DNA of 64,000 nucleotides from Ruminococcus flavefaciens (lineage in GTDB: Bacteria > Bacillota > Clostridia > Oscillospirales > Ruminococcaceae), in assembly GCA_902777125.1 (NCBI GenBank), contig CACYSQ010000004.1:47470-111469 (forward strand), given 5' to 3'. Position 1 is the stretch's first letter. Each line of letters opens with the position of its first letter. The translations under genes and the position numbers were made by a program. The notes beneath the pieces are model-generated. The model searched no databases. It saw only the letters and a list, made by a program, of their open reading frames with translations, and had not been told where the DNA came from. This document shows positions 36,840 to 46,672 of this stretch, piece by piece.

Positions 36840-37094
36840 ATGATAAAGGGCGTAAACAAACGGATAATCGAGATAAAAAACACGAACAGTCCCTATTTCG
36901 AGAGGGCTGTATTCTACCTCAGACCCCATGTGCTCGAGCTGCCGGAGGAGGTCGCGGACGATGAAGCTGCAAAATTCATCGCCATGATCATGCCGGAATG
37001 CAAAAGCTCCGCGAAATACCGCCACAAGTATCTTCAAGCGGCTCTCGGTCTCGCGGCGGCACTGGTCACTATCATTCTATTGCTCTTATTCTGA
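36840..37094 (+). CDS. Small conserved hypothetical protein with C-terminal TM
   Basis: MIKGVNKRIIEI...SPYFERAVFYL; GGAGGG RBS. Confidence 0.7.
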   Translation: MIKGVNKRIIEIKNTNSPYFERAVFYLRPHVLELPEEVADDEAAKFIAMIMPECKSSAKYRHKYLQAALGLAAALVTIILLLLF

Positions 37095-37119
37095 AAAAAT
37101 TACTACCGGAGGTCAGACT

Positions 37120-37983
37120 ATGGAAATCAGCGAAAGCAAAAACGGCAGAAAAAAACAGACCAAGCGTCTAATCTGTACACCAAGTCCCAACGCCAAAAAC
37201 GCTTTCTTCTACATTCAGGAGGCCGGCTGCATGAGGACTTCTGATACCTCTGCCGCACAGCACGAAAACCTCGATACATTCCTGTTTGCGGCTGTCTCTG
37301 ACGGTCACGGAGAGCTCAGCTACGGAGGCGACACCTTCTCTCTCTCAAAGGGCGACTGCTTCTTCATCGACTGCCGTGCTCCACATTACTACAAATGCTC
37401 CGGCAGAGCACCGTGGGAGGTAATGTGGATCCATTTCAGCGGAAGCACCTCCCAGCAGTATTACGAGAATTTCGTGTCGCAGTCGAGGAACGTGTTCAGC
37501 CCCGCCTCCTTCGACAAGGTCATCGCTGCACTCAGCGGCATTTTTTCGGTAAACGAAGAGAACTCCCCGGACGCGGAGATCATTACTTCTAAACTGATAG
37601 TTGAGCTGCTCACCGAGGCTCTTATCTCCGGCATTCAGGAAAGACAGTACGACTCTGCGCTCCGGCAGAAGCTCAGTGCGGTACACCGCTACGTTTCCGA
37701 GAATTTCAGCGAGGATATCTCCCTCGAAAAGCTCGCATCGGAGTTCTACATAAGCAAATTCTACCTCACACGCGAATACAAGAAAATTTACGGAATGACC
37801 ATATTCCAGCACCTTATCAATGCCCGTATCAACCACGGGAAGCAGCTCCTCCGCTTCTCCGACAGCTCGGTCGAGGAAATAGCGCACCTCTGCGGCTTCA
37901 ACGACCAGAGCTACTTCGCAAGGCAGTTCAAGAAATCCGAGAACATCACCTGCTTTGCGTACAGGAAAAAGTGGCGTGACTGA
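37120..37983 (+). CDS. AraC-family transcriptional regulator
   Basis: Cupin-like N-terminus (FFIDCRAPHYY, WIHFSG); ISLEKLA..ISKFYLTREYK and GFNDQSYFARQFKK HTH pair. Confidence 0.92.
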   Translation: MEISESKNGRKKQTKRLICTPSPNAKNAFFYIQEAGCMRTSDTSAAQHENLDTFLFAAVSDGHGELSYGGDTFSLSKGDCFFIDCRAPHYYKCSGRAPWEVMWIHFSGSTSQQYYENFVSQSRNVFSPASFDKVIAALSGIFSVNEENSPDAEIITSKLIVELLTEALISGIQERQYDSALRQKLSAVHRYVSENFSEDISLEKLASEFYISKFYLTREYKKIYGMTIFQHLINARINHGKQLLRFSDSSVEEIAHLCGFNDQSYFARQFKKSENITCFAYRKKWRD

Positions 37984-38027
37984 ATACGCATATAAAAGAC
38001 TTTTTCGTGACGGTACAAGTTTCATGA

Positions 38028-38065
38028 TAAAAAAAGCGCTGCTTTCTTCAAGCAGCGCTAATTTT
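38028..38065. terminator. Bidirectional intrinsic terminator
   Basis: AGCGCTGCTT/AAGCAGCGCT stem between convergent araC and ligA. Confidence 0.8.
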
Positions 38066-38081
38066 GTGCCGTAACACGCCC

Positions 38082-40037
38082 TCAGCCCATATTATTCAGC
38101 AGACTGCGGAATTCCTCCTCGGTGATGATGCTCACGCCGAGAGATTTCGCGGTCTTGTTTTTTGTCGAACCGGAGGCGGGATCGTTATTGATAAGGTAAT
38201 CCGTCTTTGCACTGACGGACGATGCGACCTTTCCGCCGTTCTGTTCGATGAAGCTTTTCAGCTCGTTCCTGTTTTTCCACATCGTCACAGAACCGGTGAT
38301 GACAAAGGTCTTCCCTGCTATGCCGGACTCCGTATCGACCTCGGCAGCCTGCACGATGTCAAGCTCCGCGACAAGCTCGCGGTACTCCCTCAATGAAGCC
38401 TCGTCCGAGAAAAAGCGGACGTATTCTCCGGCAAGGACCTCGCCTATGCCGTCGATAGCTGTGAGCTGCTCAGCGGTAAGTCCCGGAAGCTCCTCCGCCG
38501 TCCTGTATACCGCGCAGATAAGCCTTGAAGCAGCCCTGCCGATATTTGGTATGCCTATCGCGTAAAGCACCCGGCTCAGCTCTGTATGCCTCGAAGCCTC
38601 GATAGCCTCGATGAGCTTTGCATAGGACTTCTCGCCGAAGCCCTCAAGAGCAGTTACCTTGTCCTTGTGTGCGGAAAGGTGATAGAAGTCGCGGTAGCTC
38701 GAAATACAGCCCTCGCTGACAAGCGCCTCGATAGTTGCAGTTGACATTCCGACGATGTTCATAGCGTCACGCTGAACGAAATGCTCGAATTTTCCGATGT
38801 GCTTCGCGGCACATGAGGGCTCGGTACAGACGAGTGTCTCAACGCCGTCCTCCGAGCTCTTTATCTCGGTCTTTCCGCCGCACACCGGACATTTTTCCGG
38901 TATCTCAAGTCTGCCGGAAGCCGTCTTGTTTTCGAGTATCTGCGGGATTATCATATTCGCCTTGTAAACCGAGACCGTATCGCCCTCGCCGAGCCTGAGC
39001 TGCTTCACGATGCTGACATTGTGAACGAGTGCCCGCGAAACCGTCGTGCCCTCCAGCTCGACAGGCTCAAATACTGCCACGGGATTGAGCAGACCCGTTC
39101 GGCTCGCAGACCATTCGACCCTGATGAGCTTAGTATCGGCGGTTTCATCGCGCCACTTGAACGCAATGCCGTTTCTCGGAGCATGGGAGGTCTCACCGAG
39201 ACTGAGACCGTAGGCAACGTCGTCGAGCATGAGGACAAGTCCGTCGGAGGGGAACTCGTTTTCCGCTATCATGCCCTCGAATTTTTCAACAGCTTCCCTT
39301 ATGCCGGCGCTGTCCGTGATAACACCGTAAACGGTCTGGAATCCCATTTTTCCGAGCCATTCGAGCCTTGCGGCGAAGGAGTTCTCGTCCACGCCGTCAG
39401 CCGAAACGAGATTGAAAGCGAAGAAGTTGACGCCGCGCTCCGCAGTGACCCTCGGGTCAAGATTGCGGACCGTTCCCGCACAGAGGTTGCGCGGATTTTT
39501 ATATTTTGCGCCCTCCTCAGCGGTAGAGTTCACCTTCTCGAAATCCTTGTATGTGATGAGGGATTCGCCGCGGACCACAAGTCTTCCGGCAAAGGGTATC
39601 CGTGCCGGTATGCCCTTCATGTGCAGAGCGTTAGCGGTAATGTCCTCGCCGACCTCGCCGTTTCCGCGGGTAACAGCCTGCACAAGAACGCCGTTTTCGT
39701 ATGTGAGAACGAGGGTGAGACCGTCGAGCTTCCAGCTCAGAAAGCCCTTTCTGTCCCCGAGCCACGAGACAAGCTCGTCAACGCTCTTGGTCTTGTCGAG
39801 GGAGAGCATCTTTGATTCGTGCCTTACCTTTTTCAGCGAAGATGCCGGCTCGAAGCCGACCTTCTGGGTACGGCTGCCGCTGAGAACGATGCCGGTCTCC
39901 TTCTCAAGAGCTTCAAGCTCATCGTAGAGCGCATCGTATTCATGGTCGCTCATTATCTCCTCACCGGTATTGTAGTAGGCTGCCGAGGCTTTATCGAGGA
40001 GTGCGTTCAGCTCCCTCATTCTTGCTAATTTATCCAT
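38082..40037 (-). CDS. ligA: NAD-dependent DNA ligase
   Basis: MLSLDK, WKLDG, TRGNGEVGED, NPRNL, Zn-finger CPVCG, HhH repeats and BRCT (FVITGS). GAGGA RBS before ATG 40037. Confidence 0.96.
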   Translation of the reverse strand: MDKLARMRELNALLDKASAAYYNTGEEIMSDHEYDALYDELEALEKETGIVLSGSRTQKVGFEPASSLKKVRHESKMLSLDKTKSVDELVSWLGDRKGFLSWKLDGLTLVLTYENGVLVQAVTRGNGEVGEDITANALHMKGIPARIPFAGRLVVRGESLITYKDFEKVNSTAEEGAKYKNPRNLCAGTVRNLDPRVTAERGVNFFAFNLVSADGVDENSFAARLEWLGKMGFQTVYGVITDSAGIREAVEKFEGMIAENEFPSDGLVLMLDDVAYGLSLGETSHAPRNGIAFKWRDETADTKLIRVEWSASRTGLLNPVAVFEPVELEGTTVSRALVHNVSIVKQLRLGEGDTVSVYKANMIIPQILENKTASGRLEIPEKCPVCGGKTEIKSSEDGVETLVCTEPSCAAKHIGKFEHFVQRDAMNIVGMSTATIEALVSEGCISSYRDFYHLSAHKDKVTALEGFGEKSYAKLIEAIEASRHTELSRVLYAIGIPNIGRAASRLICAVYRTAEELPGLTAEQLTAIDGIGEVLAGEYVRFFSDEASLREYRELVAELDIVQAAEVDTESGIAGKTFVITGSVTMWKNRNELKSFIEQNGGKVASSVSAKTDYLINNDPASGSTKNKTAKSLGVSIITEEEFRSLLNNMG

Positions 40038-40093
40038 TGTTTTTCCTCGCATTCAATAAATATGGGGGACCGCTTCCGCGATCCCCTGCTTCG

Positions 40094-41158
40094 TCATAAT
40101 ACAGCGTAAAGGTTCGTCTCCCATGCAGGTATATAGAGCTGATGCCTGATATACAGCTTGTATGCGGGATTGAGGGTCTTTATCAGGAGTGGCAGCTCGA
40201 AGATATCCTCATTCCTGTGGTAGAGAGATATCATGAGCTTTGGTGAATGGTGGGCAATACACTGTGCCGCACCCCATATCGCCTCACGCTCAAAGCCCTC
40301 GACGTCCATTTTTATTATTGTAGCCGCTTTTTTGCCGAGTATACTGTCAACCGTGAGAGCTCTCACTACATTTTCCGAATCGGCTGAGATAGCGGACTGT
40401 CTGCCTGCCTTTGCAGCAAAGGGAAGCTCGCCGTCCATGCACCATGCAGCGGCATTGTAGGCGTAGATACGGTTCATGCCCTCGATGTTCCTTATAAGCT
40501 TGCGGAAGTTCTTCTTGTCCGGTTCAAGGGCATAGACAGCCGCATACTTGCCGTAGGTATATTCGAGGAGCTCCTTGATAGTATCGCCGTTGTAGGCGCC
40601 GAGGTCAACGTAGAGCTCGTTGAGACCGGGACGCACTATCTTCTTGTATATCTCCGCCTTAGTCGAGGTAACGGCAGAGAGATACTCTATCTTGCCGCTT
40701 ATCTTGAAGTTGAGGATATTGGCATAGACCTTGCGGGAGTAATCATCGGCAAGGCTGTCATAGACCTTCTGTATCTTGTCAGCGTTCTCCTGACAGTATT
40801 CGTAGGTGAACAAGCCCTGTCCGACGACCGGGACGTCCGGGACATAGAGGGTATGTCTTGAAGCGATATCCTGTATCTTATCGACGATCTCCTGATATCC
40901 TGCGGCAAAGGCAAGAACGACAACGAAATCATCGACAGCCTCCTCTATCTCGGCAAGCTTATGTACGCGGAAGCCCTCGAAGGAGTGGCCTCTTACGAAA
41001 TCATCGCTTGCAAAAATACCGGAAACAGCGATCTCCCTGCTTCTGAAAACAGACATGATCTTCAGTGCGCCATCGCCCATACCGTAGATGAATATAGGAC
41101 GCTTCTCGGCTTTGAGCCTCTCCCAGCAGGACTGTTTTTCAGTTATGAATGAAAGCAT
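40094..41158 (-). CDS. FkbM-family SAM-dependent methyltransferase
   Basis: YVDLGAYNGDT, ALEPDKKNF, IKMDVEGFE and ISLYHRNED. Confidence 0.9.
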   Translation of the reverse strand: MLSFITEKQSCWERLKAEKRPIFIYGMGDGALKIMSVFRSREIAVSGIFASDDFVRGHSFEGFRVHKLAEIEEAVDDFVVVLAFAAGYQEIVDKIQDIASRHTLYVPDVPVVGQGLFTYEYCQENADKIQKVYDSLADDYSRKVYANILNFKISGKIEYLSAVTSTKAEIYKKIVRPGLNELYVDLGAYNGDTIKELLEYTYGKYAAVYALEPDKKNFRKLIRNIEGMNRIYAYNAAAWCMDGELPFAAKAGRQSAISADSENVVRALTVDSILGKKAATIIKMDVEGFEREAIWGAAQCIAHHSPKLMISLYHRNEDIFELPLLIKTLNPAYKLYIRHQLYIPAWETNLYAVL

Positions 41159-41173
41159 TATATCACCTGCTGA

Positions 41174-41584
41174 TCAAATAATATCGAAATCGTTGCTGGT
41201 ATCCACATCATCGTAATGGTCGTGGAAGTTTATCATATCCCTGCCTCTGATACCGTACTTATCGCGCATGATATTGAGGTGCTTATCGAGGAGCTCTGAG
41301 ACCTGACGGACGTGCTTGATGCAGTGTATCTCCTTGGAGGGAGTATCAGCATCACGGCTGTAGATAATGATAGAGCCGCACTTGAAAAGTCTCTGGAAGA
41401 ACGGGAATCTTACCTTTTTATCGGTGATCTTGTAGAGGTCTATCTCGTCCTCGTCAACGCTGAGGAAGCCTGTTCTTGTAATGAATTTGGTCTCCGTAAG
41501 GAAATATCTTGTGAAAGAGATAGGCAGACCGAAAAGGGTACGTTTTTTATCTGTCCAGACATAAGCGAATTCATCTTTTTTCAT
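41174..41584 (-). CDS. Bacterial PH-domain protein
   Basis: TRYFLTETKFITRTGFLS.DEDEIDLYKITD....FFQRLFKCGSI bPH pattern. Confidence 0.85.
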   Translation of the reverse strand: MKKDEFAYVWTDKKRTLFGLPISFTRYFLTETKFITRTGFLSVDEDEIDLYKITDKKVRFPFFQRLFKCGSIIIYSRDADTPSKEIHCIKHVRQVSELLDKHLNIMRDKYGIRGRDMINFHDHYDDVDTSNDFDII

Positions 41585-41628
41585 GTATAATTACCTCCAT
41601 CCGGCTGATATTTTAGATTTATACATCT

Positions 41629-41657
41629 ATTTTACCACATAACAGCAAAATAGTCAA
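41629..41657 (-). promoter_or_regulatory. Promoter of the PH-FkbM(-ligA) unit
   Basis: TTGACT-17 bp-TAAAAT with TG extension. Confidence 0.7.
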
Positions 41658-41856
41658 GTTTTTTATTTGTACTTAGTGCATACTGTATATTTAACAAGCT
41701 GTATTTAGTGCATAATACACACTGCGGGACCGTAAAAAGCCTCCCGGGAGCTGAAAGGTATCATTTATTCCCGACGCGGAATACACGGCTTTCCCTTCCG
41801 CTTGAAGCAGCCATAGCTCAAAACTGAAAAAAACCGGATTTTTTTCAAAAAAGCCC

Positions 41857-41885
41857 TTTACAAACCGGAAATTGTATGTTATAAT
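41857..41885 (+). promoter_or_regulatory. rpsO promoter
   Basis: TTTACA-17 bp-TATAAT with TG extension. Confidence 0.75.
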
Positions 41886-41891
41886 ATTATC

Positions 41892-41975
41892 ACCGTGTAC
41901 TTGGACATGGGCTTGTCCTCATAAATCACCCTGCTCTGAGTTGACGGAATATATTTTTATATGAGGTGCTTTTCA
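41892..41975 (+). promoter_or_regulatory. Putative S15-binding autoregulatory leader
   Basis: About 85-nt 5' UTR with outer CCGU/ACGG helix and inner GGACA/UGUCC hairpin; position typical of rpsO leaders. Confidence 0.5.
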
Positions 41976-42242
41976 ATGCTTAGAAAAGAAGAAAAAACAG
42001 CCGTTATCGAGGCTAACAGAACAAGTGCTAACGACACAGGTTCACCTGAGGTGCAGATCGCTATCCTCACAAGAAGGATAAACGACCTTACTGCTCACCT
42101 CAAGACCCACAAGAACGACCACCACTCCAGAAGAGGTCTTCTCAAGATGGTCGGTCACAGACGTAACCTTCTCGCTTATCTCAAGAAGAAGGATATCAAC
42201 AGATACCGTGCTGTTGTTGAGAAGCTCGGTCTCCGTAAGTAA
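41976..42242 (+). CDS. rpsO: 30S ribosomal protein S15
   Basis: [13 protein letters not shown]...[28 protein letters not shown]; GAGGTG RBS before ATG 41976. Confidence 0.98.
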   Translation: MLRKEEKTAVIEANRTSANDTGSPEVQIAILTRRINDLTAHLKTHKNDHHSRRGLLKMVGHRRNLLAYLKKKDINRYRAVVEKLGLRK

Positions 42243-42255
42243 TCATACGCTCATG

Positions 42256-42285
42256 AAGGCAGAGGGGCATTCCCCTTCTGCCTTT
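42256..42285 (+). terminator. Terminator/attenuator hairpin between rpsO and pnp
   Basis: AAGGCAGAGGGG/CCCCTTCTGCCTT stem with a short U tract. Confidence 0.7.
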
Positions 42286-42412
42286 ACGTCTTTCTCACAA
42301 ACCCATGCAGCTTTGGCTTTTAGCATTAAACTGTGGCACATAACGCGCTGCTGTGTACCAGAGTTTATTGCTAAAGCCGCTGCAAAAATCTATTTTTTAC
42401 AGGAGGTATACC

Positions 42413-44527
42413 ATGTTTGAGAATTACAGAAAATTTGAAACTACCTACGCCGGAAGACCTCTCGTTGTAGAGACAGGCAAGACCTGCGGTCTCTCCAACG
42501 GCTCATGCTGGGTAAGATACGGCGAGACAGTCGTTATGGCTAACGTTACCGCAAGCGCTAAGCCCAGAGAGGGCGTTGACTTCTTCCCGCTCTCCGTTGA
42601 CTACGAGGAAAGACTCTACTCCGTAGGCAAGATCCCCGGAAGCTTCACCAAGAGAGAGGGTAAGCCCACCGAAAAGGCTATCCTTACCTCTCGCTGCGTT
42701 GACAGACCTATCCGTCCCCTCTTCCCCAAGGATATGAGGAACGACGTTTCCGTTGTTATGACAGTTCTCGCTGTTGAGCCGGACAATTCCCCTGAGATCA
42801 CAGGTATGATAGCAACTTCTATCGCTATCTCCATTTCCGATATTCCGTGGAACGGTCCTATCGCAGGCATCAACGTTGGTCTCGTTGACGGCGAGATCGT
42901 CCTCAACCCCACTCTTGAGCAGAGAGCCAAGACTGACCTCGTTCTCACCGTTGCCGGTACTGCCGAGAAGATCGTAATGATCGAGGCAGGCGCTAATGAG
43001 GTTCCCGAGGACACAATGCTCGAGGCTATCATGAAGGGCCACGAAGAGATCAAGAAAATGGTAGCTTTCATCAACGATATCCGCGCTCAGATTGGTAAGC
43101 CCAAGTTCGCCTTCGAGTCAATGGAAGTCGATCACGATATGTTCGACGCTATCGAGGCTTTCGCTTCCGACAGGGTAAAGTTCGCCCTCGATACAAACGA
43201 CAAGAACGTCCGCGACGAGAGACTTGCTCCTATCGTTGACGATATCCACGCTAACTTCGATGAGAAGTACCCCGAGCAGATCGCTATGATCGACGAGTGC
43301 ATCTACAAGCTCCAGAAGAAGATCGTCCGCAACTGGCTCTACGAGGGCAAGCGTGTTGACGGCAGAGGCATCGACGAGATACGTCCGCTTGCTGCTGAGG
43401 TAGGTCTCCTCCCCAGGGTTCACGGTTCAGGTCTCTTTACAAGAGGTCAGACACAGGTCCTCACTATCGCTACCCTCGGTCCTGTCAGCGACGCTCAGAA
43501 GCTCGACGGTCTCGATGAAGAAGAGACAAAGAGATATATGCACCAGTACAACTTCCCGAGCTACTCAGTCGGCGAAACAAAGCCCTCCAGAGGTCCCGGA
43601 CGCCGCGAGATCGGTCACGGTGCGCTCGCTGAGAGAGCTCTCGCTCCCGTTATCCCGTCCGTTGAGGAGTTCCCCTACTCCCTCAGACTTGTTTCCGAGG
43701 TCCTCTCCTCCAACGGTTCAACATCACAGGGCTCTATCTGCGGTTCGACCCTCGCTCTTATGGACGCCGGCGTTCCGATAAAGGCTCCCGTTGCAGGTAT
43801 CTCCTGCGGTCTTATCACTAAGCCCGACAGCGATGAGTTCATGACAATGGTCGATATCCAGGGTCTTGAGGACTTCTTCGGCGATATGGACTTCAAGGTA
43901 GGCGGTACTCACAAGGGTATCACTGCTATCCAGGTAGATATCAAGGTCGATGGTCTTACTCCCGCTATCATCAAGGAAGCCTTCGAGAAGACAAGAAAGG
44001 CTCGTATCTATATCCTCGACGAGATCATGCTCAAGGCTATCCCTGAGCCGAGAGCTGACGTGAGCAAGTACGCTCCCAAGATGCTCCAGACAAAGGTTCC
44101 CGTAGACAAGATCCGTGAGGTAATCGGCTCAGGCGGAAAGGTCATTCAGAAGATATCCGCTGACTGTGACGTCAAGATCGACATCAACGATGACGGAAAC
44201 GTTTTCATCAGCGGCATCAACGGTGAGAACGCAAGAAAGGCTCTCCAGATCGTTAATACTATCGCATTCGGTCCCGAGGTAGGCGCTCTCTACAGAGGAA
44301 AGGTCGTAAAGACTATCGAGATCGGCGCATTCGTTGAGATAGTTCCCGGCGTTGACGGACTCGTTCACATCTCCAAGCTCGACAAGTCAAGAGTTGAAAA
44401 GGTCGAGGACGTTGTAACTGTCGGCGATGAGATCGTCGTAAAGGTTCTCGGCTATGACCGCATGAACCGTCTTAACCTCTCACGCAAGGACGCTCTTGCT
44501 GATATCGAGGCTAAGCAGAATAAGTAA
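42413..44527 (+). CDS. pnp: Polyribonucleotide nucleotidyltransferase (PNPase)
   Basis: FFPLSVDYEE, RVHGSGLFTRGQTQ, RREIGHG, SNGSTSQ, DMDFKVGG, KH and S1 domains; AGGAGG RBS before ATG 42413. Confidence 0.98.
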   Translation: MFENYRKFETTYAGRPLVVETGKTCGLSNGSCWVRYGETVVMANVTASAKPREGVDFFPLSVDYEERLYSVGKIPGSFTKREGKPTEKAILTSRCVDRPIRPLFPKDMRNDVSVVMTVLAVEPDNSPEITGMIATSIAISISDIPWNGPIAGINVGLVDGEIVLNPTLEQRAKTDLVLTVAGTAEKIVMIEAGANEVPEDTMLEAIMKGHEEIKKMVAFINDIRAQIGKPKFAFESMEVDHDMFDAIEAFASDRVKFALDTNDKNVRDERLAPIVDDIHANFDEKYPEQIAMIDECIYKLQKKIVRNWLYEGKRVDGRGIDEIRPLAAEVGLLPRVHGSGLFTRGQTQVLTIATLGPVSDAQKLDGLDEEETKRYMHQYNFPSYSVGETKPSRGPGRREIGHGALAERALAPVIPSVEEFPYSLRLVSEVLSSNGSTSQGSICGSTLALMDAGVPIKAPVAGISCGLITKPDSDEFMTMVDIQGLEDFFGDMDFKVGGTHKGITAIQVDIKVDGLTPAIIKEAFEKTRKARIYILDEIMLKAIPEPRADVSKYAPKMLQTKVPVDKIREVIGSGGKVIQKISADCDVKIDINDDGNVFISGINGENARKALQIVNTIAFGPEVGALYRGKVVKTIEIGAFVEIVPGVDGLVHISKLDKSRVEKVEDVVTVGDEIVVKVLGYDRMNRLNLSRKDALADIEAKQNK

Positions 44528-44533
44528 TTTCAT

Positions 44534-44565
44534 GGCACTGCCTATCCGGCAGTGCCTTTTGTTTT
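44534..44565 (+). terminator. pnp terminator
   Basis: GGCACTGCC/GGCAGTGCC stem followed by TTTTGTTTT. Confidence 0.85.
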
Positions 44566-44580
44566 ATCATTTCCCGCACA

Positions 44581-44617
44581 CAAAAACGCCCCGGAAGCGC
44601 TTCTCGCTCCCGGGGCT
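44581..44617 (-). terminator. ATPase operon terminator
   Basis: GCCCCGG-flanked GC-rich stem followed by GUUUUUG on the minus strand. Confidence 0.7.
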
Positions 44618-44631
44618 TATCTTATTTATGC

Positions 44632-45285
44632 TCACTGCTCGTAATGATGCTTGTCTTTCAGCACCATATCTTTGACCTTCATAAGCGAAGTAGTCGTACT
44701 TCGCTCGTTCTCGGAGAGCTTCATCGTGATGAACTTGATAGTCTCCTCGTAGTCGGGTATCATGATATGTTCGAGTGCGTTTACACGGCGGCGCGTCTTT
44801 TCGATCTCGTCCGCCATGAGCTGACAAGCCTTTTCTATCTCCGCAAGACGTATCATCTTCGGAAAGACCTCGCTCAGCGACTTTACGGCGCCGTCAAGGT
44901 CGATAGAGGTGAAAGCGGTACCGTAGGAATAAATGTCGCTGGCATCGCTTGTACGGTATTTCGGGTCAAAGACCGGTATCAGAACGCTCATAACGTTCTT
45001 CTCCCCCACTTCGAGCTCGACCTCCTGCTTTGGCAGCATCAGTGCGGTTTCAAGCACCTCGCGCTGCATTACAGAGCCCGCAACAGCCATATAACGGTTA
45101 GCCTCCGATATGGCAGCCTCGACCTCGGCACGGAGCTGACGGTTCTCCTTGATAAGGAGCATGAACTGTCTCATAAGCTCATCGCGCTTGTCTTTGAGCA
45201 GCTTGTGACCTCTCCTTGCGGAAACGAGCTTGGCTTTGAGCTTGCTCAGCTCCATTCGCGTTGGATTAACGTTAAGTCTTGCCAA
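44632..45285 (-). CDS. ntpD: V/A-type ATPase subunit D
   Basis: NVNPTRMEL..LK..ARRGHKLLKDKRDEL and EIEKTRRRVNALEH. Confidence 0.95.
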   Translation of the reverse strand: MARLNVNPTRMELSKLKAKLVSARRGHKLLKDKRDELMRQFMLLIKENRQLRAEVEAAISEANRYMAVAGSVMQREVLETALMLPKQEVELEVGEKNVMSVLIPVFDPKYRTSDASDIYSYGTAFTSIDLDGAVKSLSEVFPKMIRLAEIEKACQLMADEIEKTRRRVNALEHIMIPDYEETIKFITMKLSENERSTTTSLMKVKDMVLKDKHHYEQ

Positions 45286-45295
45286 TCAGCTCACC

Positions 45296-46672
45296 TCATT
45301 TCTGGGTGTCGTAATACTTCGTGAGGTATTCTTCCCTGATACGGCGCAGCTCGCTTCTCGGGAGTAGCTTCAGCAGCTCCCAGCCTATCGACAGCGTATC
45401 CTCGATGCTTCGGTCATTCTCAAAGCCCTGCGAAACGTACCTGCGCTCAAATTCGTCTGCGAATTTAGCATAGAGCAGGTCTGTGGGCGTAAGGGCAGCC
45501 TCACCGAGCACGACCATGAGCTCCTTTGCGTCTTTGCCTCTCGCGTAAGCAGAGAAGAGCTGGTTCATCGTATCGGAATGGTCTGCACGGGTCTTGCCCT
45601 CGCCGATACCCTTGTCCTTGAGTCGTGAAAGAGACGGAAGTACGTCAACAGGCGGATTAATGCCCTTGCGGTAGAGCTCACGCGAAAGGATTATCTGTCC
45701 CTCTGTGATATAACCGGTAAGGTCCGGGATAGGGTGAGTTTTATCGTCCTCGGGCATGGTGAGAATGGGTATCATTGTGATACTTCCCTCCTTGCCCTCC
45801 TGACGGCCTGCGCGTTCGTAGATAGTAGCGAGGTCGGTGTACATATAACCGGGATAGCCGCGGCGTCCGGGCACCTCCTTGCGGGCAGCCGAGACCTCAC
45901 GCAGAGCATCGGCATAGTTCGTGATATCGGTGAGGATAACGAGAACGTGCATACCCTTCTCAAAGGCAAGGTATTCCGCAGCGGTAAGCGCCATTTTAGG
46001 AGTCGCAAGACGTTCGATAGCGGAATCGTTCGCAAGGTTAACAAAGAGGACCGTCCTGTCGAGAGCACCGGTGGACTTGAAGCTCTGAACGAAATACTCC
46101 GATTCCTCGAAAGTTATGCCCATTGCGGCAAATACAACGGCGAACTGCTCGTTCTTGCCGCGAACCTTAGCCTGTCTTGCTATCTGAGCGGCGAACTGTG
46201 CATGGGGCAGACCGCTCGCCGAGAAGATCGGGAGCTTCTGACCTCTTACGAGGGTGTTCAGACCGTCAATAGCCGAAACACCGGTCTGTATGAATTCCTG
46301 CGGATATTTTCTTGCAACCGGGTTCATCGGGAGACCGTTGACGTCCATTCGCATATCCGGGATTATCTCGGGACCGCCGTCTATCGGGCGACCCATACCG
46401 TCAAAAACTCTGCCGAGCATATCCTCGGAAACGCCGAGCTCCATCTGGTGACCGGAAAATACTACTGAACTGTCCTTGAGGTTAATTCCGGCAGCGTTCT
46501 CGAAAAGCTGTACAAGTGCATTCGTGCCGTCTATCTCAAGCACCCGGCAGCGTCTTTTCTCGCCGTTCGAGAGCCTGATATCGGCAAGCTCGCCGTAGGT
46601 GACGTTCTCGACGTCCTTAACGAGCAGCAGAGGACCTGCCGCTTCTTCAATGGTTCTGTATTCTCTTGGCAT
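45296..46672 (-). CDS. ntpB: V/A-type ATPase subunit B
   Basis: [33 protein letters not shown] and [16 protein letters not shown]. Confidence 0.97.
   Translation of the reverse strand: MPREYRTIEEAAGPLLLVKDVENVTYGELADIRLSNGEKRRCRVLEIDGTNALVQLFENAAGINLKDSSVVFSGHQMELGVSEDMLGRVFDGMGRPIDGGPEIIPDMRMDVNGLPMNPVARKYPQEFIQTGVSAIDGLNTLVRGQKLPIFSASGLPHAQFAAQIARQAKVRGKNEQFAVVFAAMGITFEESEYFVQSFKSTGALDRTVLFVNLANDSAIERLATPKMALTAAEYLAFEKGMHVLVILTDITNYADALREVSAARKEVPGRRGYPGYMYTDLATIYERAGRQEGKEGSITMIPILTMPEDDKTHPIPDLTGYITEGQIILSRELYRKGINPPVDVLPSLSRLKDKGIGEGKTRADHSDTMNQLFSAYARGKDAKELMVVLGEAALTPTDLLYAKFADEFERRYVSQGFENDRSIEDTLSIGWELLKLLPRSELRRIREEYLTKYYDTQK

Noticed and set aside
41715-41850. Unexplained stretch between the TTAGTGCATA repeats and the rpsO promoter
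   Set aside because: No ORF with an RBS, no promoter/terminator pair and no convincing stable structure; insufficient support for an sRNA.
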